A DNA stretch of 63,891 nucleotides, counting the filler, from Octopus bimaculoides (taxonomy: Eukaryota), in assembly GCF_001194135.2 (NCBI RefSeq). It is 6 parts of 5 records of this genome, joined end to end, with 100 filler letters (N's around TTAATTAATTAA, not from the genome) between each part and the next. Parts side by side here need not be neighbours in the genome. Positions count along the whole stretch, not along the records: positions 1 to 7,445 come from NC_068981.1; positions 7,546 to 20,873 come from NC_068992.1; 4 more parts are not named here. One strand, written 5' to 3'. The notes below the pieces were generated by a model. The model had not been told where the DNA came from. It was given only the letters and a program-made list of their open reading frames with translations, and searched no databases. Position numbers and translations under genes: made by a program. Positions 1 to 12,049 of the stretch are shown piece after piece. Every line of letters starts with the position of its first letter. The first letter of the stretch is position 1.

Positions 1-87
1 TATATAAGAGACAGAGGAAAGTCAAATAGAAAAAGAAGCCGGAGGAAAAAAATCGCCAACGATTCAATTGTAGTTACATATACGATA

Positions 88-705
88 GGCTTCTTTCAGT
101 TTCCGTCTACCAAATTAGCTCACAAGGCTTTGGTTACCCCAAGGCTATAGTGGAAGACACTTTCCCAAGGTGGCACTCAGTGGGACTGAACCCAGACCAT
201 ATAGTTGAGAAGCAAGCTTCGTACCACACACCCACTCCTGCGCCATGTATATATATATTTATATACGTAGGTATGGCTAAGTGGATAAGGAGCTCGCTTT
301 GCAACGGGGTCGTTGTGGGGTTCAATTCCACTACACGGCATGTTAGATAAGTGTCTTTGTCTATAGCCTCACAATGACTTGTGAGTGAATTTACTAGGCA
401 GAAACTGTATGCAACCCGATGGTATACACATGGGTGTGGTGCATGTATGTGTGTACGTGCGTGTGTGTGTGTGCATGTGTTTGTATGTGTGTGCGCGTGT
501 CTGTATGCAGGTGTCTCCCTTTCTATCGCTCGACATTTAGTGGTCATTTGCTTACGTGCGTGTAACTGAGCGCCTCGGCAAAGACACAGATAGAATAAGT
601 ACCCCGCCTTAACAAATATGTACTGGTATCGATTCGTTCCATGAAACTCATCACAGCCTAACCCCAGCATGGCTACAGTCTAATCACTGGAACAAATGAA
701 AGATA
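88..705. mobile_element. Two tRNA-derived SINE (family A) copies in divergent orientation (88-240 on -, about 270-705 on +) directly upstream of the IL-17 promoter
   Basis: A/B-box-like head (GTGGCTGTGTGGTAAG..GGTTCAGTCC) and conserved body GTGAGTGGATTTGGTAGACGGAAACTGAAAGAAGCC. Confidence 0.75.
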
Positions 706-758
706 TTCTTCTGTAAATTTCAACAATTCGTCGTACCCTACCTTTCTGATTCCACCGT

Positions 759-799
759 GGTTTCCATATACTATGGGAAATCTTTTCCTCGTATAAAAG
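759..799 (+). promoter_or_regulatory. Candidate IL-17 core promoter: TATA box (TATAAAAG 792-799) with adjacent Rel/NF-kB-like sites (GGGAAATCTT 775-784; TTTCCA 761-766)
   Basis: Motifs read directly. The kB-like site is 8/10 to GGGRNWYYCC. Position about 210 bp upstream of the proposed ATG. Confidence 0.45.
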
Positions 800-1009
800 T
801 TGTTTACTAATGATTTCACACACTTACTAGTATATTGTCACTCCTCTATTTAATATACTTATCCTTTGAGACTATTGTTGTCTGCCGACTGACACGCTTG
901 CAACAACTGCTATTTGAAGTATTATCAAGTGAGACAATCTTTTGTGTATTTTGAAAAACTTATAGGTGTGTTAGTTATTTCAATTGTTTAACTTTATTAC
1001 CATTCGAAG

Positions 1010-1015
1010 ATGAAA
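1010..1015 (+). CDS. IL17: Probable IL-17 first coding exon (ATG AAA = Met-Lys) followed by a phase-0 donor GTAAAG
   Basis: First ATG downstream of the TATAAAAG box at 792 once the ATG at 810, likely upstream of the TSS, is excluded; no ATG seen 813-1009. ATGAAA|GTAAAG is phase 0, matching the acceptor at 1891 and giving MKDVSQVVTFLFLNYILIVSSA, a plausible signal peptide (171 aa total). Inferred, no transcript evidence. Confidence 0.55.
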
Positions 1016-1226
1016 GTAAAGAAAAATCCTGTGTCTAGTATTTACATACATGCATACATACACGCTCACACACACATGCACACACACACGTACACACGCA
1101 CACACAGCATGCAAAAACACGGACGCACACACACACACACGGACACACATACACACATACACACACAAACAGAAATATACATATATTCAGAGAAAGGCCA
1201 ACCAATATTTCTTTCGGTATTAGAAC

Positions 1227-1236
1227 ATGACGTCAT
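1227..1236. promoter_or_regulatory. Perfect CRE/ATF palindrome ATGACGTCAT in the proposed IL-17 intron 1
   Basis: 10-bp palindrome containing TGACGTCA read directly; function not shown. Confidence 0.25.
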
Positions 1237-1498
1237 TCACAGTCTTTTTTGAGCCTCTGTCGATGCACATGGATTAGGCGTATGATGCATATTGTAGGTG
1301 CTATGGGATGTAATGTCAGTTATGTATCTGGAGTCCAAAGATTTTTAAGGTTTTTCGACATCAGACCCCTTCTAGTTGATCCATTCGCGGCATGCCAAGC
1401 ACACCCAAACACCGGTCTGGGCTCTGGAGGCAAAGCCACCTAATGGGCTTCATCGCATCTTCTAATCTCTCCAGTATTCCACCTCTCTCTCTTCCTCA

Positions 1499-1545
<47 letters not shown>

Positions 1546-1662
1546 TCCCTCCATCTATTGTTGAGTCTTAGGAGAGACTTTATGCCAATAATATCAGTAG
1601 ACGAAGTGGTACAACACACGAGTTGACAAAACGAACCTTGCAAACGAGATACAGAAACAAAG

Positions 1663-1749
<87 letters not shown>

Positions 1750-1890
1750 TTATCTATCTATCTATCTGTCGATTTATCTACACACACACATATATATGTA
1801 TATGCATGTATGTATACACACAAACGCAAACACACACACATTAAAATTAACATAGAAAGTTTAATGAAAATATTTTTTATTTTATTACAG

Positions 1891-2400
1891 GATGTCTCTC
1901 AAGTTGTAACCTTTCTCTTCTTAAACTACATCTTGATTGTATCTTCGGCGTCAATTCCAACCCGATGTAAAATACCAACAGACTTAAAAGTCCGCTACGA
2001 CAGCTTGTCCAATGCAGCCACTGTCGATCATTTTTTTCTACCAGCTGAAATGGCTCCAGCCAAAAGGAACCGGACAACACTGACCGATGGTGATAAAAGC
2101 TGCTCAACACCGTCTGTATCTCGTGATGAAATCCGTGAACGTTCCACCTGTCCTTGGTACCTGAAAATTATTCATGATTCAACAGTTTTCCCTCCATCAC
2201 GTTGCGAAGCGGTATGTCGGTGTAGAAAGTGTTTAGGGCCTACGAGTTCCAACCACCAATGTACCACTGTATACACTAAAATGACTGTCCTGAAACCTAC
2301 AGGTGAATGCATTGATGGATTGTATGTGTACGAACCACATGTGATTGATGTAGCCACAGCTTGTGTGTGTGCACGGAGGATTGATTTCACTCATGATTGA
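1891..2400 (+). CDS. IL17: Interleukin-17-family cytokine, main coding exon (signal-peptide core plus cystine-knot domain, stop TGA 2398-2400)
   Basis: Translation DVSQVVTFLFLNYILIVSSAS-IPTRC...RERSTCPWY...SRCEAVCRCRKCL...HQCTTVY...DVATACVCARR. It carries the IL-17 hallmarks RSxxPW (here RSTCPW), EAxCxCxxC and terminal CxC after a hydrophobic N-terminus. It is preceded by a T-rich acceptor ttttattacAG (1889-1890), phase 0. The ORF-track start at 1810 runs through intronic microsatellite and is not the real start. Confidence 0.93.
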   Translation, partial: DVSQVVTFLFLNYILIVSSASIPTRCKIPTDLKVRYDSLSNAATVDHFFLPAEMAPAKRNRTTLTDGDKSCSTPSVSRDEIRERSTCPWYLKIIHDSTVFPPSRCEAVCRCRKCLGPTSSNHQCTTVYTKMTVLKPTGECIDGLYVYEPHVIDVATACVCARRIDFTHD

Positions 2401-2573
2401 ATTGAAAAGGAATATGAGTACTAAAAATCGACCAACTTCTAAATTGTTCAATGCGTGTAACGCAAAAGTTATTCATAGTATCATGAAACGACAAGTTGAC
2501 CACCGTGTGGTTATTATTATTATTATTTTCTCTCTTATTTTCATTTCTTGATTTTAATTTTTTATCTTCATCT

Positions 2574-2615
2574 TTATTTATTTTATCTTGTTACCTTTGT
2601 CATTTGAATAATAAA
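2574..2615 (+). terminator. IL-17 3' UTR signals: AU-rich nonamer TTATTTATT (2574-2582) and polyadenylation signal AATAAA (2610-2615)
   Basis: Motifs read directly in a very U-rich 3' UTR about 200 nt after the stop. AREs are typical of cytokine mRNAs. Confidence 0.5.
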
Positions 2616-3028
2616 TTACAACATATGTATATGAGGCTCAAGAACCGATATGAATCTAACCGAAATTACGCATGAATTCGCGAATTGGAGGATAACGTTC
2701 ATAGAGCCAAGGTGAGTGGGAACGTGTATATGTGCATACGCATGCATAAATGCACACACCTTCCTTCCTACACATTTTATTTAGTATATACATCTAGTGT
2801 ATATATACACTCTGTTTACTCATCAGAAGTGACAACTTACAGGACTGAAAGCAAATGTAGAGCATTCATTAATACATTATCAGTGAATGGTTCCGTTTTC
2901 CATCCCTCCGGTTTTCTCGTTTGCAACCATCAGATGGTAAACCTCGCCTGACTTTATCTCGCATATTTACAGTCTAAATATTTTTACGACTGCTGGAAAT
3001 CGTAGCTTTTCAGTTACANNNNNNNNNN

Positions 3029-3060
<32 letters not shown>

Positions 3061-3433
3061 CATACATATACATATATATATACAAACGTGTATATATTAA
3101 TATACATACTTACATATATGGATACATGTCTGTATTCTTCTGTCTGCTATTTTACTCTTTATTGTTCTTCTGCCTACTATATTATTCGTTTATAAATTGT
3201 GAATTCCCTGTCTAGAACGTTTATACATACTCGCCTTGTCTCTGATGACGAAATATTTAGTGTATGGAGTGTTACCTCATCACTTAGGATATCCCAGAAA
3301 CAGATGTAAGAATCCAATGATTAATTATTTAATTTATTACTTCAATTCCACCTCGCTCTAAATATTCGAAACGACTTGATACAGTCGTCCAGCATTGTCT
3401 TTTGTTCTTTTTACTCTTACACACACACATAGT

Positions 3434-3481
<48 letters not shown>

Positions 3482-3696
3482 NNNNNNNNNNNNNNNNNNN
3501 NNNNNNNNNNNNNNNNNNNNNNNNNNNNNNNNNNNNNNNNNNNNNNNNNNNNNNNNNNNNNNNNNNNNNNNNNNNNNNNNNNNNNNNNNNNNNNNNNNNN
3601 NNNNNNNNNNNNNNNNNNNNNNNNNNNNNNNNNNNNNNNNNNNNNNNNNNNNNNNNNNNNNNNNNNNNNNNNNNNNNNNNNNNNNNNNNNNNNNNN

Positions 3697-3763
<67 letters not shown>

Positions 3764-3885
3764 TGTATGTATGTATATATATATAATGTAGATATATAAA
3801 CATATGTACACTAATATACGTGTTTGTATACGCGTATGTATATAAGTGTGTGTATGTATGTTTATATTTATCTATCAATCTATCA

Positions 3886-3927
<42 letters not shown>

Positions 3928-5865
3928 TTATCTATCTATCTATCTGTACTTTCACACAGTAAACAGCACGTGTGTAAAATACGGAATGAATTTAAACTAA
4001 TTAAAGAAATATTTACATGCATGTATTGTTCTCTATAGGATATTTTATTCCCCTATACATTTTCAGTATGTAATATACCATCAATTTTATAGTTTGTAAA
4101 TAATTTCGTATATTTTTATAACATCTTTGTAAATAAAACTTTTGTATATTTTTATAAGAATTTATAAAATTTTATTATGATTGATATAATCTGGCTCTAT
4201 ATATTTCATAAATATAGGAAGCAAGAACTAACCAGTTTATACTGTGTATAAATTATAATTGTAATATATAATTGCATTCAATGAATAAAATATAATATAA
4301 GCACAAATATTCCACCTTTGTTATTTCTTATGTATTATACTTTTGCTCTGGATAGATCATATGATTTTTAGATAAAGTATTGGACAGCTGGATGTCGCAT
4401 TCAAATCCTTTATCGCTGTTTTTTTCTGCGGCTTTTTATATACCACGTTTGTATTGTCATTGTACTTGGGTATTATTAGAGATAAAATCATTCCTGTGAT
4501 CTATCCCTGTACAACCACCTCCCTTATAATGAGTATATATACATAAAGGTATGAGGAGCGAGAGACATGTTACTTCCTGTTTTTGATTCTCTCTGAACTC
4601 ACTATTTAAAAAAAATATTTAATGGAAAAGTATGTAAACGGGTGTGAATATATCTGTTTCGCGGTACAAAATAAAGCACGACGTTGTCTTTGGTGCCGTC
4701 TGGTGAACCCGAGAAGAAAATATCAATTTTGGACTGTTGAAATTGGGTAAACAAATATTTCGAAAAACATATTAACGAAAACTGTAGAACACAAATCCAG
4801 AATCATCGAGAAATAGAAAATGTATTCTCTAACTTTATCTGTTCGAGACAATAATGACTGAATTGCATATTTCTTGATGTTTTTATATTTGCGCTCTAAA
4901 TTGTTGCGTCGGATTTTCATTTAACATTTTGTTTAAATTTCTGTAATTTCGCGAAGTATGAACTTCCTTATTAAGCTTGAATGCAGATTCATTAAGCAGG
5001 TTTAATATATCTGACACCTTTTTCATATATCAAAAAATATAAAAACGCACATTCTCCGTTGATGAGATATTTTCAAATATCAGTTTACTCTACTTCACCA
5101 GTTCCAAATTGCTATATCTCTCTTCAGAGAACGACCAGGCAGCCACTGAAAAATTCATCATTTCCTCTTTTTACACTCTTATCTTTTAGCGTTAATCAGG
5201 AGTTTGAAACCCGTCCTAAAAACCTTAAATAATATTTTAATAGCTAATTCAGATATGAATAAGAGAGAAAAAAGTTACAAGAAGTAATTTTTCCATCGCC
5301 CCTCATACCTAGTGTATCATTAGACACAGCTCTCCACTAACAAGCTCACTCACAGGCTCTCATCTTTTTAAAGGTGAAGTAAATAACAAAATACCCACCA
5401 TCATGGCTGTTACACCGGAGAACATACTCACACTGTTACGCTCGCATAATATATTCATGTCCCCAAGCAATAAATATGATAGTAACGGATTCACGAGCTG
5501 GTCAAGAAACAACAATACAAGAGACAACACTTACAACAATAAAAATAATAACAACACTAATATGATGAGAAAGAAAATGTTATATGCTATTTCAATTGGT
5601 TCTGAAATTCACACATTGTCGCATCTGATAACTGAAACACAGCTTGAACTTTACATGATACAAGCAAATATAACTATCTTTTATCATTTAACTGTTACAT
5701 GTTTCAGTCATTGGACTGCGACCATACTAAGGCACCTTCTTGAATTGTTTTAGTCGCACAAATCCACATTATTACTTATGATATCTTTCTTTACGTAAGT
5801 CTGTTACTTATTCTATCGGTATCTTTTACGGAATCACTAATCTACCGTGACGCAAACAAAGCAAC

Positions 5866-7445
5866 ACATACATACATACATACATACATACATACATACA
5901 TACATGATGGCCGTCCACTCGTGACCGAGGAAGACCATTGCCGACCTTCAGGAACATTCTGCGCTCTAGTACTATCTTACATTTTGCATTTACAGCTCCG
6001 TTGGTGGCTAATGATCCCTGCTCTTGATAAGCATACACGACTGCAAACATTGCAGATTAAGCCCTCCCCATTCACCATACGAGCCGTGCACTTTCGCGCA
6101 GCTCGCTTAAATTTTTCATGCTGGATACGTACTCTCTCAAAAGTGTTGATCCCCTCCTTAACCTGCTTCCTCCATCTGTGACGNNNNNNNNNNNNNNNNN
6201 NNNNNNNNNNNNNNNNNNNNNNNNNNNNNNNNNNNNNNNNNNNNNNNNNNNNNNNNNNNNNNNNNNNNNNNNNNNNNNNNNNNNNNNNNNNNNNNNNNNN
6301 NNNNNNNNNNNNNNNNNNNNNNNNNNNNNNNNNNNNNNNNNNNNNNNNNNNNNNNNNNNNNNNNNNNNNNNNNNNNNNNNNNNNNNNNNNNNNNNNNNNN
6401 NNNNNNNNNNNNNNNNNNNNNNNNNNNNNNNNNNNNNNNNNNNNNNNNNNNNNNNNNNNNNNNNNNNNNNNNNNNNNNNNNNNNNNNNNNNNNNNNNNNN
6501 NNNNNNNNNNNNNNNNNNNNNNNNNNNNNNNNNNNNNNNNNNNNNNNNNNNNNNNNNNNNNNNNNNNNNNNNNNNNNNNNNNNNNNNNNNNNNNNNNNNN
6601 NNNNNNNNNNNNNNNNNNNNNNNNNNNNNNNNNNNNNNNNNNNNNNNNNNNNNNNNNNNNNNNNNNNNNNNNNNNNNNNNNNNNNNNNNNNNNNNNNNNN
6701 NNNNNNNNNNNNNNNNNNNNNNNNNNNNNNNNNNNNNNNNNNNNNNNNNNNNNNNNNNNNNNNNNNNNNNNNNNNNNNNNNNNNNNNNNNNNNNNNNNNN
6801 NNNNNNNNNNNNNNNNNNNNNNNNNNNNNNNNNNNNNNNNNNNNNNNNNNNNNNNNNGAGGTCCAGCCAACATTGAAAATGTGCCTGAGACATCTCTGAT
6901 GAAAGCGTTCAAGGACCCTTACCTGACGTTTGTACAGAGTCCATGTTTCACACAAGTAGAGGAAACATATTTCCTCATCCAGGGAGCAAGAATGGCTGAG
7001 TGTGCTACCCAGGTAGACAAACGTGTCTACTACCTTCAGAATTGTTCCTTCAACCAAGATAGCTGGTTTCACATATGGATTTCCTGGTGCAGGTTGGAGC
7101 ATCACAACATTCTTGTCCAAGCTAATGCCAAGTCCAAATGCCTTGCATGAAGCAGAAATGCAATTCATGAGTATTTGCATGTCATCCACTGTATGAGTGA
7201 CTAAGTCACAGTCATCTGCATAAAGGAGGTCACGAATAATAGACTGGATAACTTTTGAATTGGCAGCAAATCGGCGAAGATTAAAGAGGCGGCCAGAAGA
7301 TCGATATCTGACATAAATTCCCAGAGAGCTAACCTTAGCAAAAGCATGAGTAAAAGCAGCAGCAAAGTACAAAGAAAGAGAGTTGGGGCAAGGATGTCAC
7401 CCTGCTTGACACCATTCTCTACAGGAATGGGTCCCGCCATGCCAC
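5866..7445 (-). mobile_element. RTE-clade (BovB-like) LINE, 3' part: RT core, C-terminal zinc finger and (TATG)n tail; frameshifted and interrupted by a gap
   Basis: GVKQGDILAPTLF, LLYADD, VDTFVYLGS, CETWTLY; C-terminal CNVC-x12-H-x3-C; 3' UTR ends in a tetranucleotide tail at about 5866-5905. Confidence 0.88.
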
Positions 7446-7835
7446 NNNNNNNNNNNNNNNNNNNNNNNNNNNNNNNNNNNNNNNNNNNNTTAATTAATTA
7501 ANNNNNNNNNNNNNNNNNNNNNNNNNNNNNNNNNNNNNNNNNNNNAACACCAACATTACCCCACCCACCCCACACTCACCGCCTGAAATGCTGACCCTTA
7601 ACTCGAGCCCCAACACCTATTTGCCAACCATCAACTAACTGTCCAAACTGTTGATCCCCGCTAAGTCATCAGCAGAACAACAGGACACCAATTAATCCGA
7701 TTCTTACACAAAGAGGATGGCCTTCCATGCTAAACTTCCTATCGATTTCTATACATATGCATGTGTACATATGTGTGTATAGATAGATAGATACATACAT
7801 ACATACATACATACATACACACATACATACATACA

Positions 7836-7866
<31 letters not shown>

Positions 7867-8061
7867 GGTATAATTTACGTCGGTGGCGCTTTTCTTTCGT
7901 TTTATTATCAGCTTCCATATACATTCAACCTTCATTTATTTTTTTAACGTACCTAGATTTGTGAGTTCGATTACAGTCATGACACATACTCTTAAACAAG
8001 AGATTTTATATTACGACATAGAATCATAGTATATGCGAAATTTGGAAGACAAAGCTCTGTG

Positions 8062-8102
<41 letters not shown>

Positions 8103-9329
8103 GCGTGCGCGCGCGCTCTACATAAGTATGTCATTTATCTCGAGTATCAAATCGTAGACGACGTCAAATGTCGAGTTAAGGAAATTAGCCGAAGAGCCTG
8201 AACTAATGACTACAGCAGTGTTCAGAGAAATGAAGATACTCCACCTATTGTCAGTGTTTTATTCATTCGCAAAGCATTAAATAGGGGCGAAAACTTTGGA
8301 AGGGAGCTGCCAAGTTTCCAAGACCGAAGTCTGGGGAAAAAAAAACTTGTGGTTTAAAGCAGAAAGTAAATCCTGAATGATAGATTTATCAATGGATGCT
8401 GTGGAAACAATCTAGAAAATAGTATGTCCTGTGATGTGTATTCTTTGTTAGTTGGGTGTATGTAGGAGGGAAGCTCGAAGCAATATAATAAACGCTGATA
8501 GGAAACTAAACGAAAACAAAATCAAGAAGTGTTCTTCATACTTGAAATATTCCCTTTAAAAATTCCACTCAAAGATAATGCTTTTAGTTCTGGTTCCAGT
8601 TGCAGAATCATTAGAACCAAAAATAATGGAAAAGATCTGAGAGATGAATTTCTAATTGGAAGAGATATCGAGGCATCAAGTATAAAAATATGTTCAAGTA
8701 TTTGAAATTTCGAAGATTGATAAAAATCCATTGAACGGAGGAATTCTGCTCCATATGATACAATCAAAATAAATGTTTCGATTTTTGATAGCCATTTAGA
8801 CACGATTAAAAAAAGCAACAATCTTGAAAGTGGCTGAGTAGACCGTATCACATCGTTTATAAAATCAAGAATTAAGATTTCTCAAACAAGTTTGTGTGCG
8901 TTCGTGATGTGTGTGTGCGTATGTGTGTGTGTATGTGTGTGTGTTTCAATCAAAGAGTACATCGTTTCTAGTTGTTTGGTGAAATCTTAAAAGATCTCGT
9001 TTTTTCGATTTTTTTTTTCTTTTTAATGCTTGTTACACACTTCAAGAGTTATCATGCTGGGCTTCCATTTATATACACGCAGATACACACGTACATGTAT
9101 GTATGTGTGTAAGTAGACACATGCATGTATGCATACATTCATACATACATACATACAGACAGACAGACATAAAATACGAGTGAAGAAACGAAAGAAAGTA
9201 GCACTCAAAACATTTTGTAGGAATTACAAATATTTTTCATAATAGTTTGACCCCCCCCCACACACACACACACACCAGCTCCACATGACTTAAGGTTTCA
9301 GGAGGGCGTAAGAGATGTCCATCTCACCA

Positions 9330-10150
9330 AATGCTCGGAGCAGAGTGGAGGTTTTCAGGAAAATTCAAGATGGCTTCTACGTGTTTAAGCTTCAATTGGT
9401 TAGCTTTGCTGAATATACTTTGCCGCAACCTGTCACCAAAGTAACGTCACCATTCTACCAATATCCATCTGATAGTATTACTACCACGTGAGCTTGCCGA
9501 TTAAGAAAGGCCTAAATACCTAGATGAGTGTAGGCCCTATAATTTTATTGCTTGATGTCTTACACGCTTTTGGAGGGCCCTGCAGTTCCCCACAGATCTT
9601 AGATGCAAGATAGTGACAGTGCAGCATACAATGAACAGTATGTATATCGAAGGCCTTTCCTTAAGTATGAAAATCCTCTGTGACGGCTACCATTACAAGG
9701 GTACCATCAGCATGCACAGCTGTAATATTATCTGAAGTGTGTAGACATTCCTTCAGATAATCCATCAACCATTGAAAAACTGTCTATCCTTTCCCATCAT
9801 ATTTAAGATGTGACATTAAGACTTAGTCTACAATATTTCACGTGGGCCTAAAGAATATTTGAACTACTGAAAGTTGATTCATCAAGTTAGATGGTAAATT
9901 GCAGTGTTGAAGTTTTGATACCGAGATTTTCTCTCTACGTCATCGAGCATATCATTAATACATCTTTGCATTGTATTTGTACTCAGTGGCATGCATTTGG
10001 AACAAATATTTTTTCACTTGCTCCTGTGCATTAGTAGTCAGGTAAAGAGGCACTATTCTTTGCGATGTTTCTGTATCAAGTTGGCTTTTTTCTGTGCGAA
10101 AATATTCATTAAAAAATGTTGTTTTTTTCTGCTTACGACACCAGCGAAGC
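9330..10150 (-). mobile_element. Degenerate hAT (Charlie/Buster, ZBED5/FAM200-like) transposase relic
   Basis: Manual minus-strand translation gives MPLSTNTMQRCINDMLDDVE, FTI*LDEST (9873-9887), ADGTLVM and TVHCMLHCHYLASK (9619-9633). These match the family motifs IPLSNxTVxRRIDEM / FxIQLDEST / DGAxxM / HCxIHRxxLA, with stops and frameshifts. Not in the ORF track. Confidence 0.7.
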
Positions 10151-10273
10151 TGCCATTTGACATGCAAATTATCAAAAAAAAAGTTCATTTAGAAAAGACT
10201 GAATACAATTGTCATTGTTGTTGATGTTACTATTGCTATTGTTGTTGTTGCAGTTGTTTTTGTTGTTGTCGTT

Positions 10274-10306
<33 letters not shown>

Positions 10307-11829
10307 AACATCATCGCACGAAGTATTTAAGCAGGTGTTTCGCAGCTGTTAAAAAATGACTTAAAGTTTTGCTATACAATTAAATTACTATTCTCTGTTT
10401 TTTTTCTGCTTGTGAACTACGTTTAATTAATTGTAGGTTTTCTTAAGGGGGTGGGATGTAACTGTGATAAGACAGAAAAATAAAACTGNNNNNNNNNNNN
10501 NNNNNNNNNNNNNNNNNNNNNNNNNNNNNNNNNNNNNNNNNNNNNNNNNNNNNNNNNNNNNNNNNNNNNNNNNNNNNNNNNNNNNNNNNNNNNNNNNNNN
10601 NNNNNNNNNNNNNNNNNNNNNNNNNNNNNNNNNNNNNNNNNNNNNNNNNNNNNNNNNNNNNNNNNNNNNNNNNNNNNNNNNNNNNNNNNNNNNNNNNNNN
10701 NNNNNNNNNNNNNNNNNNNNNNNNNNNNNNNNNNNNNNNNNNNNNNNNNNNNNNNNNNNNNNNNNNNNNNNNNNNNNNNNNNNNNNNNNNNNNNNNNNNN
10801 NNNNNNNNNNNNNNNNNNNNNNNNNNNNNNNNNNNNNNNNNNNNNNNNNNNNNNNNNNNNNNNNNNNNNNNNNNNNNNNNNNNNNNNNNNNNNNNNNNNN
10901 NNNNNNNNNNNNNNNNNNNNNNNNNNNNNNNNNNNNNNNNNNNNNNNNNNNNNNNNNNNNNNNNNNNNNNNNNNNNNNNNNNNNNNNNNNNNNNNNNNNN
11001 NNNNNNNNNNNNNNNNNNNNNNNNNNNNNNNNNNNNNNNNNNNNNNNNNNNNNNNNNNNNNNNNNNNNNNNNNNNNNNNNNNNNNNNNNNNNNNNNNNNN
11101 NNNNNNNNNNNNNNNNNNNNNNNNNNNNNNNNNNNNNNNNNNNNNNNNNNNNNNNNNNNNNNNNNCTCTTTCCTTTCCCGAACGTCTAGTAACACAATAT
11201 GTATCACGTCCTCACGTTATTGTTTTTTGTGGTTTTTGTTGTTTTTCTTGTTACCGAGGTTGATAGTGGTGTCGTTCTTGTGCTTTGTGGATGGTGCTGA
11301 TGGTTATTTTCTCTGTTTTTAGTAGTTCAGCCTGTGGGATGTGAACGCCCGTAACCCAGTAGTAAGGGTATTGGAGTTGCGATCATAAGGCCGTAAGTTC
11401 GATTCTTTGACCGTGTGAAACATTGTATTTTTGAGCATGCCACATCCTTTCACGCTGCTCCAGTCTGCTCAGCTGCAAATGAGTACCAGCTGAGTGCTAC
11501 TGGTTCAGCTATTTCTTCCTCCAGGTGTCACATCTTGAATGTCCCAATGAGTCACGGAGGACAGGGCCGAGAAGTGCCTCTGTTTGCTCGAGACTACAGA
11601 GGCACCTAGAAAAATTAGCGAAAGCATAGTACATGTTATCAAGTCATACTATCTCGTGACTGACGGCTATAAATGGTTTGTCAGTAGAGAAGTTGTCGCA
11701 CCCGTTATCCCTAACACGGCCCCTGGAAACAATAAAACAACAATTCCTCCAAACAGGTGAGAGGAGGAGAGAAAGTCATCCAAAACCGAAGTTCTCATCC
11801 TGATTCTTTCGACAGAGTAAACTCTACTA

Positions 11830-12049
11830 AAAGCACTCGTTGATCAAGGGATGAGGAGATCAAACTGAGGGACAAGGGCACTCAGAGACCACGGGAAAGG
11901 AGGGAAGTAAACTCAGCAACAAAGGCACTCAGAAACTAAGTGATGGGGAATTAATTCATGATATAAAGACACTTGCTGTTCAGGTGATGGGGGATTAAGC
12001 AAAGTAATAAAGGCACTCAGAGGACCAGATGAAAAGGGATGAAACCTAC
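11830..12049 (+). repeat. Degenerate ~45-bp minisatellite running into a gap
   Basis: Recurring AAAGGCACTCAGA..GATGGGGA units. Confidence 0.5.

Noticed and set aside
4500-4660. ATGGAAAA|GTATGT as the first exon of a second IL-17 paralog
   Set aside because: No downstream IL-17-like exon found on either strand.
7490-7501. TTAATTAATTAA palindrome recurring five times
   Set aside because: Always centred in identical 44N+12+44N gaps; an assembly spacer.
9873-9887. LDE-like string as the missing CTDNEP1 DLDET exon (also YLDEC near 46410)
   Set aside because: The first is the hAT QLDEST motif; the second lacks any flanking similarity or splice sites.
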